A DNA stretch of 64,000 nucleotides from Planctomycetota bacterium (GCA_965248445.1 CBDFJG010000003.1:480001-544000); one strand, 5' to 3'; shown: positions 9,493-19,318, counted from the stretch's first letter. The notes: generated by a model from the letters alone, not told the origin. Program-made: numbers and translations.

Positions 9493-9558
9493 TGCTCTTG
9501 CGGGCTCGACGGGTCTGCCTCGGGGGAGCCGTTCTGGCCAAAGCCAGAGAGCCGCGCC

Positions 9559-10029
9559 TTACTGCGTCGACGGCGAGGTCGCAGCCGGTGCGCCAAGGCG
9601 ACCCAGGAGCGCGGCCTCGACTGCCAACCGCGCTCGCGGTGTAGGCTGCTGAGTAATGCCAGTCTCCAGTCGCCAGAGCGTCCCCTCGTCGAGGGAGAGG
9701 ACTTGGGCAGCCTTCGCTCGGGTGAGGCCCACGGCCCGCCGCCATCGGCCAAGCCGCTCTCCAAGGGTGGTGGCTGGCTCAAGCAGGCTGTAGCCAAGGT
9801 ACATATATATGGAAGGCCGATGCCGGGTCCGGGGGGTGGAATGCCCCCGTTCCCAGTTCAGGAGGGTGAAGGGGGAGACGCCAATCTGGCGGGCAGCCTC
9901 AATCTGACGCTCGCCGCGGTCCAGCCGGCACTTGAGTAGGTGCTTTCCCAGCGTCTGAGGCTCAGTTGGGTACCCCTGGGGCTTGAGCTTCTGTGTCGAG
10001 AGCGAGACATGACAAATAGGCCACGCAAT
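9559..10029 (-). CDS. XRE-family protein with two HTH domains, canonical start missing
   Basis: Frame open from 10077 to 9559: TLGKHLLKCRLDRGERQIEAARQIGVSPFTLLNWERG and TLGERLGRWRRAVGLTRAKAAQVLSLDEGTLWRLETG. Confidence 0.75.
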   Translation of the reverse strand: MAWPICHVSLSTQKLKPQGYPTEPQTLGKHLLKCRLDRGERQIEAARQIGVSPFTLLNWERGHSTPRTRHRPSIYMYLGYSLLEPATTLGERLGRWRRAVGLTRAKAAQVLSLDEGTLWRLETGITQQPTPRARLAVEAALLGRLGAPAATSPSTQ

Positions 10030-10031
10030 CC

Positions 10032-10487
10032 TGCCCTTGTGGCTACGGGGTGCCGCCGCAGTGTAGTTGCACGCCGGTCATCCGGTCGCGTTACGAGCGC
10101 AGACTCTCGGGACCGGTGCGCGACAGAATCGACCTGCGCGTGTACGTGCGCGCGGTCGAGTACAAGAAGTTGCGCGGCGGCGAGCCGGCGCGCGACACGG
10201 CCTCTATGCGCGAATACGTCGAGCGCGCGCGCGCTGCGCAGTCCGTCCGTCAGGGCGTCCGCCTGAACGCGCACCTCCCGCCGCGCGGCCTCGAGGCGCA
10301 CTGCAGGATCGACGACCAGGCCTCAGCGCAGATCGAAACGGCCTGCAACGCGGGCAAGCTGACCGCGCGCGGCGTCGCCCGCATTCTCCGCGTCGCGCGC
10401 ACCGTCGCCGACATTGCCGGCGAGGCCGCGATCTCCGAGAACCACGTCACGCTGGCCCTCGGCTGGCGTCTGCCGCCGCGGGGCTGA
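10032..10487 (+). pseudogene. comM: 3' part of ComM/YifB Mg-chelatase-like AAA+ ATPase
   Basis: CPCGY..CSCTP..RY..RLSGPVRDRIDL, LNAHL, LTARGVARILRVARTVADI; similarity begins exactly at CPCG. Confidence 0.88.
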
Positions 10488-10500
10488 TCGAATCGTGTCG

Positions 10501-11682
10501 CTACGCCCGCGACGCCAGTGCCGCGCGATAGCTCGCGATGGTCTCGCGTGCGCAGCGTGCCCACGTGAACGTCTGCGCCCACGGCGGGCCGCGGCGGGCG
10601 AGATCTTGGCGGAGCGCATCGTCCTCGACGACGCGTGTCAGCGCGGCGGTCAGTTCGTCCGGGCCATCGACTCCGATCGTCAACGCCGCGTCACCCGCGA
10701 CTTCGGCCAATGACGAGAGCTCGGTCGTGATCGTCGGCGCGCCGCACGCCATTCCCTCGACTACCGGCAGGCCGAAGCCTTCGTAGCTCGACGGGAACAC
10801 GTGCGCGAGACACGTGCGGAAGGTCGCCGGGACGAGTTCCTCGGCGAGGTACCCCGTGAACCGCACGGAGCTCGTGACGCCGAGCTTCTCCGCCAGCTCG
10901 CGCAGCGTGCGACCCTTGTACCTGCCATGCATGCCTGCGAGCACCAGCGGGACGTCCGTCGCGAGACCCGAGTTGGCGTACGCCGTGAGGAGCATCTCCA
11001 CGTTCTTGCGCGGATCCGCGGCGCCGACGTACAGGAGGAACGGCCGGTCCACGCCGAGCGCGGCGTAGACGCGTTCACGCTCTCCGTCTTCGGCGCGAGT
11101 GTGGTACGCCTCGTGGTCGACTCCGAGCAGCGTCACGTCGATGTGCGACGGATCCAGACCCTGGTGCTCCACGAGGTCGCGCTTGGTCGCCGCACTGATC
11201 GCGACGATGCGGTCGGCGCCGCCGTAGCGCAGCCGGTCCATCCATCTCTGCCACGGACGTGCCCACGGGCTCCGGGACAGGTACTGCTCGTGCAGGACGT
11301 ACTTGATGAGGTCGTACGCGGTGACGACGACGGGGGTCCTCGGCCGCTGCGGCACGGTGACCGGGTCCGTGACGTGGAACAGGCGCGTGCCGGTCTTGGC
11401 GGCCGTGCGCCCGTGGAACATCCAGCGCTTCAGCTGGTAGGAGCGATAGCTCACGATGCTGAACGAGAGATCCGGCTCCCCGGGGTAACGCAACGTGTCG
11501 TCGAACGCGTCGTCGACCCACGGGAACAGTGTCGTGAGACCCGCGAACGACAGGCCCTGCCGGTCGGCCGCCGGCAGATCGGCGATGCCCCGCGCGAGTG
11601 CGGCCGTGTACCGTCCGATGCCGCGGAATCGCGATGGGGTGTCGAGCGGTGTCAGGTCGATCAGGACGTCGGGGGCGGGCAT
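10501..11682 (-). CDS. GT4-family glycosyltransferase
   Basis: RGIGRY, YVGAADPRKN, FPSSYEGFGLPVVEGMACG, FTWARCA. Confidence 0.92.
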   Translation of the reverse strand: MPAPDVLIDLTPLDTPSRFRGIGRYTAALARGIADLPAADRQGLSFAGLTTLFPWVDDAFDDTLRYPGEPDLSFSIVSYRSYQLKRWMFHGRTAAKTGTRLFHVTDPVTVPQRPRTPVVVTAYDLIKYVLHEQYLSRSPWARPWQRWMDRLRYGGADRIVAISAATKRDLVEHQGLDPSHIDVTLLGVDHEAYHTRAEDGERERVYAALGVDRPFLLYVGAADPRKNVEMLLTAYANSGLATDVPLVLAGMHGRYKGRTLRELAEKLGVTSSVRFTGYLAEELVPATFRTCLAHVFPSSYEGFGLPVVEGMACGAPTITTELSSLAEVAGDAALTIGVDGPDELTAALTRVVEDDALRQDLARRGPPWAQTFTWARCARETIASYRAALASRA

Positions 11683-11903
11683 GGCACGCCTACTTCATCG
11701 ACCGGGCGGAGAAGCGGGCGCGAATCCGGGCGGCCGTCATCCGCGATCAGAATCAGCCGGGCCGAGACAGAGTCGGAACCGCGGGAGCGCTTGCGCGCCC
11801 CCGCCGAGTGTGATTTCGAGTGAGTAAGGCCTCGAGTGGCTACGGCTTCGAGTGGGTACAGCGCATGCGCGTCAGCGGATGGGCCAGTCAGCACTGCTGG
11901 TGG

Positions 11904-12221
11904 TTACCAGCGGCCACCACCACCACCGCCGCCGTAGCCGCCACCACGACCGCCACCGCCACCGCCGCCGTCGCGCTTCTCGTGCGCCTCGTTGACGCGC
12001 ACCTGGCGACCATCGATCTCCTGACCGTCAGTTTCCTGGACCGCCTGTTGCGCCGCATCGGCGCTCTCAAAGGTCACGAAGCCGAAACCGCGGGAGCGGC
12101 CGGTCTCGCGATCGTTGATCACCTTGGCTTCGGTGACCGGTCCGAACTTCTCGAATGCGGTACGCAGGGTGTCGTCGGTCGTATTCCAGCTGAGTCCACC
12201 GACGAAGAGCTTCTTGGACAT
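11904..12221 (-). CDS. RRM RNA-binding protein with Gly-rich tail
   Basis: RNP2 KLFVGGL, RNP1 RGFGFVTF, C-terminal [12 protein letters not shown]. Confidence 0.95.
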   Translation of the reverse strand: MSKKLFVGGLSWNTTDDTLRTAFEKFGPVTEAKVINDRETGRSRGFGFVTFESADAAQQAVQETDGQEIDGRQVRVNEAHEKRDGGGGGGGRGGGYGGGGGGGRW

Positions 12222-12424
12222 CGCGCTACATCTCATTCTGCGCCGAAGCGCCTTGAACCTGCCCGCTCGCCCGACGGCCCTCATGGCCGCCACGCACGGG
12301 CTTCAGCCCAGGATCATAGCCGCGCCGGGAAGGAATCGCGGCGTCGGCAGCGCCGGCTGGAGCCTGGAAAGCGGCCCTGGCGAGCTTGTCCACCGGGCAG
12401 CCGGAGGGGGTAGAAAAGGGCACT

Positions 12425-13561
12425 GTGAGGATCGGGATCGACGCGCTGTCCGTGGTGCCCGGGGAGACCGGCGGGGGGGAGACCTACCTAGTCGAGCTTC
12501 TGCGGGCACTCTCCGTGCTGCCCGAGGCCGCCGGTCGCAAGATCGTCGTCTATGCCTCCGTCAACAACGCTGGGCTCTTCCCATCTTCCGGTCCCGTGCA
12601 CGTCGAGCCGCTGCCCCTCGACAACAGGAGCCGACCGCGTCGCCTCCTGTTCGAGCACCTGCGCCTCGGCCCGCGTCTCTCGAGGGACGGTATCGACGTG
12701 CTGTACGCGCCGGGCAACGCGCTGCCGTTGCGGTGTCCCGTGCGGACCGTGCTCGGCATCCAGAGCCTGCACTCGTTCCTCGTGCCGGAGGAGATGTCGC
12801 GGTTCCGGGTGGCGTACTTCACGCGGATGGTGCCGCGGTCGGCGCACCGCGCGACGCGCGTGCTCTGCGTCAGCGAGGACATCAAGAAGACTCTGCTCGA
12901 GGTGGTACCAGGGCTCGACGAGTCGAAGGCGCGCGTGGTGTACGAGGGCGCACCACAGGACCTGCACCGCGTGAGCGACGAGGAGGCGGCCGATGTGGCC
13001 GCGCGCTCGCTGACAGAGCCCGGCAAGTTCGTTCTGTTCGTCTCGAGCCTCAATCGGTTCAAGCGACCCGAGCGCGCAGCGCAAGCGGTGGACTGGATCC
13101 GACGCGAGAAGGGGGAGAGCTGGCGATTGGTGATGGCCGGACGCGCTTCGTACGAGGATGAGCAACGAGTGCACGCATCGATCCCGGACTTCGATCAACT
13201 CGCGGAGATGGTCGGTGTCGTGCCGCGGTCGGGCCTCGCGGCGCTGCTCACCGGAGCCCGGGCGATGGTCTATCCCTCGACGGTCGAGACGTTCGGCCTC
13301 CCGCCGCTCGAAGCGATGGCGCTGGGCTGCCCCGTGGTGGCTGCGAATTGCACGTCGATCCCCGAGATCACGGGCGACGCGGCCGTGCTCGTGGACCCGG
13401 ACGACGTCGCGGCGTTCGGCGCCGCGCTCTACGGCGTCCTGCACGACGAAGAACTGCGCGCGACTCTGATCGCGCGGGGGTACGAACGGGTCAAGCGCTT
13501 CACGTGGGAGGCCGCGGCGCGCGGGACGCTCTCGCTTCTGGAAGAGGCTGCGGGCACGTGA
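12425..13561 (+). CDS. GT4-family glycosyltransferase
   Basis: RIGIDA..GGGETY, YPSTVETFGLPPLEAMALG, FTWE. Confidence 0.92.
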   Translation: MRIGIDALSVVPGETGGGETYLVELLRALSVLPEAAGRKIVVYASVNNAGLFPSSGPVHVEPLPLDNRSRPRRLLFEHLRLGPRLSRDGIDVLYAPGNALPLRCPVRTVLGIQSLHSFLVPEEMSRFRVAYFTRMVPRSAHRATRVLCVSEDIKKTLLEVVPGLDESKARVVYEGAPQDLHRVSDEEAADVAARSLTEPGKFVLFVSSLNRFKRPERAAQAVDWIRREKGESWRLVMAGRASYEDEQRVHASIPDFDQLAEMVGVVPRSGLAALLTGARAMVYPSTVETFGLPPLEAMALGCPVVAANCTSIPEITGDAAVLVDPDDVAAFGAALYGVLHDEELRATLIARGYERVKRFTWEAAARGTLSLLEEAAGT

Positions 13562-13606
13562 CGTAGGCTTCATGACCGAGAACTGGGGACTGCCGACACG
13601 GCACTC

Positions 13607-14101
13607 ATGGGTGAACACGACGGACTGACGCACCTCGACGAGCACGGCCACGCGCGGATGGTGGACGTGTCGGGGAAGGACCGCACCGTGCGCACCGCCG
13701 AGGCCGCGTGCCGCGTTCGCTGCTTGGCAGAGACGCTGTCCCGCGTTCGCGCGGGAGATGTCCCGAAGGGCGACATACTGGCCGTTGCCCGCATCGCGGG
13801 CATCGCCGCAGCCAAGCGCACGGCGGACCTGATCCCCCTCTGCCATCCGGTTGCGCTCACGTCCGTCGAGGTGGACGTGACCGTGGCCGCGGAGGCGATC
13901 GAGATCCGCGCCCGTGCGCGCGCCGCCGACCGGACCGGCGTCGAGATGGAGGCGCTGACCGCGGCGTCGGCTGCGGCGCTCGCCACCTACGACATGCTGA
14001 AGGCGATCGAGCGGGGCATCGTCATCGACGACTTGCGCCTGTTGCGCAAGGAAGGCGGCCGCTCGGGGACGTGGACGCGTGACGAGGGCGGTGACAGATG
14101 A
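13607..14101 (+). CDS. moaC: Cyclic pyranopterin monophosphate synthase
   Basis: LTHLDE.G.ARMVDVSGK, LIPLCHP, TGVEMEALT, YDMLKA, KEGGRSG. Confidence 0.96.
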   Translation: MGEHDGLTHLDEHGHARMVDVSGKDRTVRTAEAACRVRCLAETLSRVRAGDVPKGDILAVARIAGIAAAKRTADLIPLCHPVALTSVEVDVTVAAEAIEIRARARAADRTGVEMEALTAASAAALATYDMLKAIERGIVIDDLRLLRKEGGRSGTWTRDEGGDR

Positions 14102-14628
14102 GCGGACCGACGTCGCTGCCCGAACCGATCCGGGCGTCGGTGCTGACCTGCTCCGACCGCTCCGCCCGGGGCGAGCGCGAAGACGCCGCCGGCCCCCGAC
14201 TCGTGGAGCTGCTCGCTTCGTGGGGAGTCTCGGCGCGGCTCGCCGACCCGGTCGTCGACGATCGGTCCGCCATCTCGAACGCATTGCGGCGGCTGGCGAC
14301 GGAGTGCGAGCTCATTGTCACCACGGGCGGCACCGGGCTCGGCCCGCGAGACGTGACGCCGGAGGCGACGCGCGACGTGATCGAGCGCGAGGCGCCCGGC
14401 TTCACCGAGGAGATCCGCCGGCGCGGTGCCGCGCAATTCCCGCGGGCGATCCTCTCGCGCGCCGTCTGCGGCACGATGCGGAGGGAAGACGGCGAGACGC
14501 TCGTCCTCAATCTCCCCGGCAGCCCGAACGGCGCGGTCGAGTCGCTCACCTGGGTGCGGGCGCCGTTGCTCCACGGGCTGAAGGTGCTGTCCGGTGGGCT
14601 GCGCGACTGCAGGGACGACCCGGCATGA
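14098..14628 (+). CDS. MoaB/Mog molybdopterin adenylyltransferase family
   Basis: LTCSDR, TTGGTGLGPRDVTPEAT, LSRAVCG, NLPGSP. Confidence 0.92.
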   Translation: MSGPTSLPEPIRASVLTCSDRSARGEREDAAGPRLVELLASWGVSARLADPVVDDRSAISNALRRLATECELIVTTGGTGLGPRDVTPEATRDVIEREAPGFTEEIRRRGAAQFPRAILSRAVCGTMRREDGETLVLNLPGSPNGAVESLTWVRAPLLHGLKVLSGGLRDCRDDPA

Positions 14629-15704
14629 GCGAGGGGCTGTCGATTGCCGTTGCCGGCGCCACAGGAGCGGTCGGAGAGGAGTTGCTCACGCTGCTCGGAA
14701 GCGAACGCCTTCCGGTTCGGGAGGTGCGCGCACTCGCTTCCGCGCGCTCCGTCGGGCGCACCGTGCGCTGCGGGAGCGCGGAGCTCAGGGTCGAGGAACT
14801 GACCGATGAGGCGCTCGACGGTGTGGATCTCGCGTTCTTCTCCTGCGGCGGGGCGCGGTCGCTGCGATACGCGCCTCCTGCGCGCGAACGCGGCGTGACG
14901 ATCATCGACAACAGCAGTGTGTTCCGTCTCGAACCGGACGTTCCGCTCGTCATCCCGGAGATCAATGCGTCGGACGCGGAGGAACACAACGGTCTCCTCG
15001 CAGTCCCGAATTGCACCACGATCGTGTTCCTGATGGCGGCGACCCCGCTGCACCGGGCAGCCGGACTCAAGCGGGCGGTGGTGTCCTCCTATCAGGCCGC
15101 GTCGGGAGCGGGCCGCGCCGCTCTCGAGGAGCTGAATACCCAGATGGAGGATCACGTCGCGGGGCGACCGATCCGCGCGGAGGTGTTGCCCCGCCGGATC
15201 CTCGGGAACGTCATCCCGCACGTCGATGCCTTCCGCGACGACGGGTTCACCAAGGAGGAGCGCAAGCTGTTCGACGAGACGCGGCGCATCCTCCACGACG
15301 ACGAAGTCAGCGTCGTCGGGACCTGCGTCCGCGTCCCGGTCGAGCGAGCCCACGCGGTGTCGGCGGCGCTCGAACTGCGGAGGCCAGTCTCCCGCGAGGA
15401 AGCCATCTCGATCCTCTCGTCCGCCCCCGGCGTGCGCGTCGTGGACGGCGGCGACGGCCCGGACTACCCTACGCCGCTCGATGCCGCGGGAGGCACCGAG
15501 GTGCTCGTGGGCCGGGTCCGGGAAGACCCCTCACGGGAGGGTGGGTTGCTCCTCTGGGCGGTGGGCGACCAGTTGCTGAAGGGCGCGGCCTGGAACGCGC
15601 TGCAGATCGCGGAGCACCTTGTTGCTACCGGCCGGGTTGCTACTGGCCGCTTTGCTAGCGGCCGGGACGGGATGGGACGCGTGAAGCGAAAGGGGCGGGT
15701 GTGA
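14625..15704 (+). CDS. asd: Aspartate-semialdehyde dehydrogenase
   Basis: VAGATGAVG, IDNSSVFR, VPLVIPEIN, PNCTT, YQAASGAG, TCVRVPV, LLKGAAWN. Confidence 0.96.
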   Translation: MSEGLSIAVAGATGAVGEELLTLLGSERLPVREVRALASARSVGRTVRCGSAELRVEELTDEALDGVDLAFFSCGGARSLRYAPPARERGVTIIDNSSVFRLEPDVPLVIPEINASDAEEHNGLLAVPNCTTIVFLMAATPLHRAAGLKRAVVSSYQAASGAGRAALEELNTQMEDHVAGRPIRAEVLPRRILGNVIPHVDAFRDDGFTKEERKLFDETRRILHDDEVSVVGTCVRVPVERAHAVSAALELRRPVSREEAISILSSAPGVRVVDGGDGPDYPTPLDAAGGTEVLVGRVREDPSREGGLLLWAVGDQLLKGAAWNALQIAEHLVATGRVATGRFASGRDGMGRVKRKGRV

Positions 15705-16216
15705 GTTCACCGAAGGGTCCGCGGGACCACACGAAGCTCGATCTGGCGGAGCTGCGCCGGCTCGTGAGCCTGATGGAGCAGCGAGAGCTGGCCGAGGTCG
15801 AGCTCGAACTGGAGGGGAAGCGGGTGCGCGTCGTGCGCAGCGTGCCCGGGATGCACGGCGCCGTCGCGGGCATGCCCGCCGGCACGCTCATCCCCGCCGC
15901 CGCCCCCGCGGCAGCCGCCCCGGAGCCGGACGAGGAGCCGGACGAGGAGCCGGAGCCCCTCGGCACGGAAATCCCGTGCCCGATGGTCGGCACGTTCTAT
16001 CGCGCCTCCAGTCCGGACTCCGCACCGTTCGTGGAGGTGGGCGACCGCATCACCGCGGACACTGTCATCTGCATCATCGAAGCCATGAAGGTCATGAACG
16101 AGATCAAGGCCGACGTCGAGGGCGAGATCCTCGAGATCCTCGTGCAGAACGGGGAACCGGTCGAGTTCGGGCAGCCGCTGTTCCTCGTGCGTCCCACGGG
16201 CAGCGGAGCCGCGTAG
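15701..16216 (+). CDS. accB: Biotin carboxyl carrier protein of acetyl-CoA carboxylase
   Basis: PMVGTFY, IIEAMKVMNEI biotinylation motif, Ala/Pro linker. Confidence 0.96.
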   Translation: MSSPKGPRDHTKLDLAELRRLVSLMEQRELAEVELELEGKRVRVVRSVPGMHGAVAGMPAGTLIPAAAPAAAAPEPDEEPDEEPEPLGTEIPCPMVGTFYRASSPDSAPFVEVGDRITADTVICIIEAMKVMNEIKADVEGEILEILVQNGEPVEFGQPLFLVRPTGSGAA

Positions 16217-16229
16217 CCGGCGGGGACCC

Positions 16230-17582
16230 ATGATCTCCAGAGTGCTGGTGGCCAATCGCGGCGAGATCGCGCTGCGCGTGATCCGCGCCTGCCGCGAGCT
16301 CGGGCTGCAGACCGTCGCGGTCTACAGCCAGGCGGACAGCGAGGCCGGCTACCTGCGGCTGGCGGACGAGACCGTATGCATCGGCCCGGCGCAGTCCGCG
16401 CAGTCCTACTTGTCCATCCCGGCGATCCTCGCGGCCGCCGAGATCGCCGACGTCGACGCGATCCACCCCGGGTACGGGTTCCTGTCCGAGAACGCGCACT
16501 TCGCCGAGATCTGCACGGCGTCGAACATCAAGTTCGTCGGGCCGACCCCCGACGCGATTCGGGCGGTGGGGGACAAGGCCGCCGCGCGCTCCGCAGCGCA
16601 GAAAGCGGGTGTCGCCGTCGTTCCCGGCAGCAAGGGAACCGTCACCGAGGAGGCCGAGGCCCGGCGCCTCGCGCACGAGATCGGTTACCCGGTTCTGGTC
16701 AAGGCGTCCGCCGGCGGCGGCGGCCGCGGCATGCGGGTCGCGCACAACGACATGAGTCTGCACGCGGGGCTGCAGGGCGCGCAGAACGAGGCGCGCGCTG
16801 CGTTCGGCGACGGGGCCGTCTACATCGAGAAGTTCCTCGACCGGCCGCGCCACGTCGAGGTGCAGGTGCTCGCCGACGAGCACGGCCATGTCGTCCACCT
16901 CTACGAGCGGGACTGCTCGGTGCAGCGGCGCCACCAGAAGATGCTCGAGGAGAGCCCGTGCTCGTCGCTTCCGCGGGACGTGCGTAAGAAGATGCACCGT
17001 GCGGCGGTGAAGCTGCTCAAGAGCATCGGCTTCTCGAGCGCGGGCACGGTGGAGTTCCTCGTCGACAAGGACAACCACTTCTACTTCATCGAGGTCAACG
17101 CCAGGATCCAGGTGGAGCACCCCGTGTCGGAGATGGTCACGGGCATCGACCTCGTGAAGGAGCAGCTCCGCGTAGCCGCTGGGGAGAAGCTCGGTTACGA
17201 CCAGGACGACATCACCCTGACCGGGACGGCGATCGAGGCCCGGGTCAACGCGGAGGACCCGGACAAGGACTTCCGGCCTTCGGCGGGGCGCATCACGCTG
17301 TGGACACCGCCCGGCGGGCCGGGAGTCCGCGTCGACTCGCACGTCCACGCCGGCTACGCGGTTCCGCCACACTACGACTCCATGATCGCGAAGCTGATCG
17401 TGCACGCTCCGGACCGCAAGGCGGCCATCGCCAGGCTGGCTCGCGCGCTGGACGAGTTCGCCGTGGGGGGCATCCGGACGACGATTCCGTTCCATCGCAG
17501 GCTTCTGGGCCATGCGGGCTTCGCGGCCGGCCACTACGACACCGGCCTGGTCGAGGACTTCCTGGCCGGGTCGCGAGCCTGA
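16230..17582 (+). CDS. accC: Biotin carboxylase subunit of acetyl-CoA carboxylase
   Basis: ANRGEIA, HPGYGFLSEN, GGGGRGM, RDCSVQRRHQK, RIQVEHPV, YDSMIAK. Confidence 0.97.
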   Translation: MISRVLVANRGEIALRVIRACRELGLQTVAVYSQADSEAGYLRLADETVCIGPAQSAQSYLSIPAILAAAEIADVDAIHPGYGFLSENAHFAEICTASNIKFVGPTPDAIRAVGDKAAARSAAQKAGVAVVPGSKGTVTEEAEARRLAHEIGYPVLVKASAGGGGRGMRVAHNDMSLHAGLQGAQNEARAAFGDGAVYIEKFLDRPRHVEVQVLADEHGHVVHLYERDCSVQRRHQKMLEESPCSSLPRDVRKKMHRAAVKLLKSIGFSSAGTVEFLVDKDNHFYFIEVNARIQVEHPVSEMVTGIDLVKEQLRVAAGEKLGYDQDDITLTGTAIEARVNAEDPDKDFRPSAGRITLWTPPGGPGVRVDSHVHAGYAVPPHYDSMIAKLIVHAPDRKAAIARLARALDEFAVGGIRTTIPFHRRLLGHAGFAAGHYDTGLVEDFLAGSRA

Positions 17583-17908
17583 GAGGCCGGGCGCGGCGGT
17601 CTCGTTCCCACCCAGGCTCGAAACGAGCGTGGATACGAGGCGCGTTTCGGGAACCCGTCGACCGCTCCAGATACGGGAATCGCACGCAGACTCGGAATGT
17701 GGCTCACGCGAGGCGAAAAAAGGCCGAAAGAAGCCGGGTGGATAGTTGCACGCCCAGGCTGCCTCGATAGCATCGCGGCAGTCGAGTGGCGGGTCACTCG
17801 GGGGGGACGAAAGCGGCGCGTGCCTGATTGGCGCGTGCGAACGCACGGTTCCCCGACGGAGTGTCCCGGAGAGGAGATGAAGACGTGAGCTACGGCCAGG
17901 AGAGAGGC

Positions 17909-19318
17909 ATGCGGACCCTGTTCAGTCTCGTCGTCGGTGTTGCATTGCTTGCGGGATCCGCAAGCGCTGCAACGCCCGAGACGGCTCGCATCGGTGCAGT
18001 CCAAGGCAACGTGGTGCTCCAGTCGGGCGCTGCGGCGTCCGCGGTTGGCACCAAGACCCATCTGAAGACGGGTGACGTCCTGAAGGTCGGCACCGACGCA
18101 AGGGTGACGCTTGCCTTCGCAGACGGTGGTTCGGTCCTCGTGGCCGGTCCCGCCGTGCTGGACGTCGCGCAGCTGAACACAGACGGACGTCGCCTGCTGT
18201 TGCGCAACGGCGCCATCCCGCGGGCTCAGGCCGGCACGGTGGCTCTCGAGTTGCAGACTCCGGCCGGCGCATCGCTGGTTCTGCAGAACGCGATCGGTAG
18301 CGCGGCGTTCACGAATGGCGCGACGTCGTTCGCGAAGCTCGGCGGTGCTCACGCGCAAGTCTGGAACGACGGCAGCGCGCAGACGCTGTCAGGTTCTTGG
18401 AGCAGCGTAGCCGGCGTCGTCGCTCCCGCGGCCGCCGCGATGGACAACCACATGGCGAGCGCAGGTGGCAAGTCCTACGGTGCCGGCGACACGCTCCGCG
18501 TGGGTGCGGGAAGCAACCAGTCGGTCTCGTTCGGCGACGGCACGACGATGAACGTCGTCGGACCCGCCGAGCTCGGCTTCGTCCAGATGGACAGCTCGGG
18601 TCACCGCGTCATGCTTCGCTCGGGGACGGCAACGGCCTCCGTGAGCGCCGTCGCGCTCGAGATCCAGACGCCTGCAGACGCGTCGCTGGTCCTGCAGAAC
18701 GCGACCGGCATGGCGCGCGTCTCGGGCGGCAACGTGTCGTTCCAGAAGACCGGCGGCGACTACGCGCAGGTCTGGAACGGAAGCGCTTTCCGCCCGCTGA
18801 GCGGCTCCTGGAGCAACTCGGCCGGCGCAGCGCCAGTTCGTACAGCGCCGGTTCGCTCGGCTCCCTCGCGCGCTGCGGCCCCGGCCGTGACGCGCTCGAC
18901 CGGCGGCGGCGGCTCTCGCGAGGCGCGCATCCGTGAGCTCGAGGCCGAGGTCAGCCGCCTGCGCGGCGAGCTCGACAACGCCCGCGCCGCGGGATACTCG
19001 GGCAAGCCCGGCAAGTCGATGGTCATCGGCGACAAGGTCATCACCTATCGCCCGTCCGACGACTTCAAGGTGGAGAAGATGAGTGACGGCGGGGCGAAGC
19101 TGACCTACGACGGCGCCGACTTCGGTGTTGTGACGGTCGGGCAGGAAACGAACATGTTCCTGTGGCTCGACGAGTCGGTGACGTTCGACGGGAACGGCGA
19201 CGTGGTGGCGTTCACGGGGGTCTCGCACCTCTACGACCCGCTCTCGACGTTCTTCATGTGGGACAACCCGATCGAGAACGGATCCGACGCGAGTCCTTCG
19301 CGTCCGGGGATCCGCTAG
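17909..19318 (+). CDS. Secreted protein with two tandem FecR-like beta domains, a coiled coil and a C-terminal domain
   Basis: Signal peptide MRTLFSLVVGVALLAGSASA; internal duplication (VALELQTPAGASLVLQNA..AQVWN..LSGSWS vs VALEIQTPADASLVLQNA..AQVWN..LSGSWS); LKTGDVLKVG..VTLAFADG FecR-like start. Confidence 0.7.
   Translation: MRTLFSLVVGVALLAGSASAATPETARIGAVQGNVVLQSGAAASAVGTKTHLKTGDVLKVGTDARVTLAFADGGSVLVAGPAVLDVAQLNTDGRRLLLRNGAIPRAQAGTVALELQTPAGASLVLQNAIGSAAFTNGATSFAKLGGAHAQVWNDGSAQTLSGSWSSVAGVVAPAAAAMDNHMASAGGKSYGAGDTLRVGAGSNQSVSFGDGTTMNVVGPAELGFVQMDSSGHRVMLRSGTATASVSAVALEIQTPADASLVLQNATGMARVSGGNVSFQKTGGDYAQVWNGSAFRPLSGSWSNSAGAAPVRTAPVRSAPSRAAAPAVTRSTGGGGSREARIRELEAEVSRLRGELDNARAAGYSGKPGKSMVIGDKVITYRPSDDFKVEKMSDGGAKLTYDGADFGVVTVGQETNMFLWLDESVTFDGNGDVVAFTGVSHLYDPLSTFFMWDNPIENGSDASPSRPGIR

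Noticed and set aside
9477..9530. Complete tRNA-Pro gene
   Set aside because: Only an anticodon-like arm; no D-arm, GTTC T-loop or acceptor stem
8851..9939. 362-aa ORF spanning the IS256 end
   Set aside because: Crosses an IS boundary and overlaps the HTH gene antisense; no motifs
11904..11970. CCA/CCG-rich simple repeat
   Set aside because: Encodes the ordinary Gly-rich tail of the RRM protein
15922..15957. 12-bp tandem repeat in accB
   Set aside because: Encodes EPDE repeats in the variable BCCP linker
17699..17716. Sigma-54 promoter upstream of the FecR-like gene
   Set aside because: GG-N10-GC spacing is present but the flanking bases match the consensus poorly
19240..19318. FecR-like protein as exosortase substrate
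   Set aside because: Its C-terminus lacks a TM helix and basic tail
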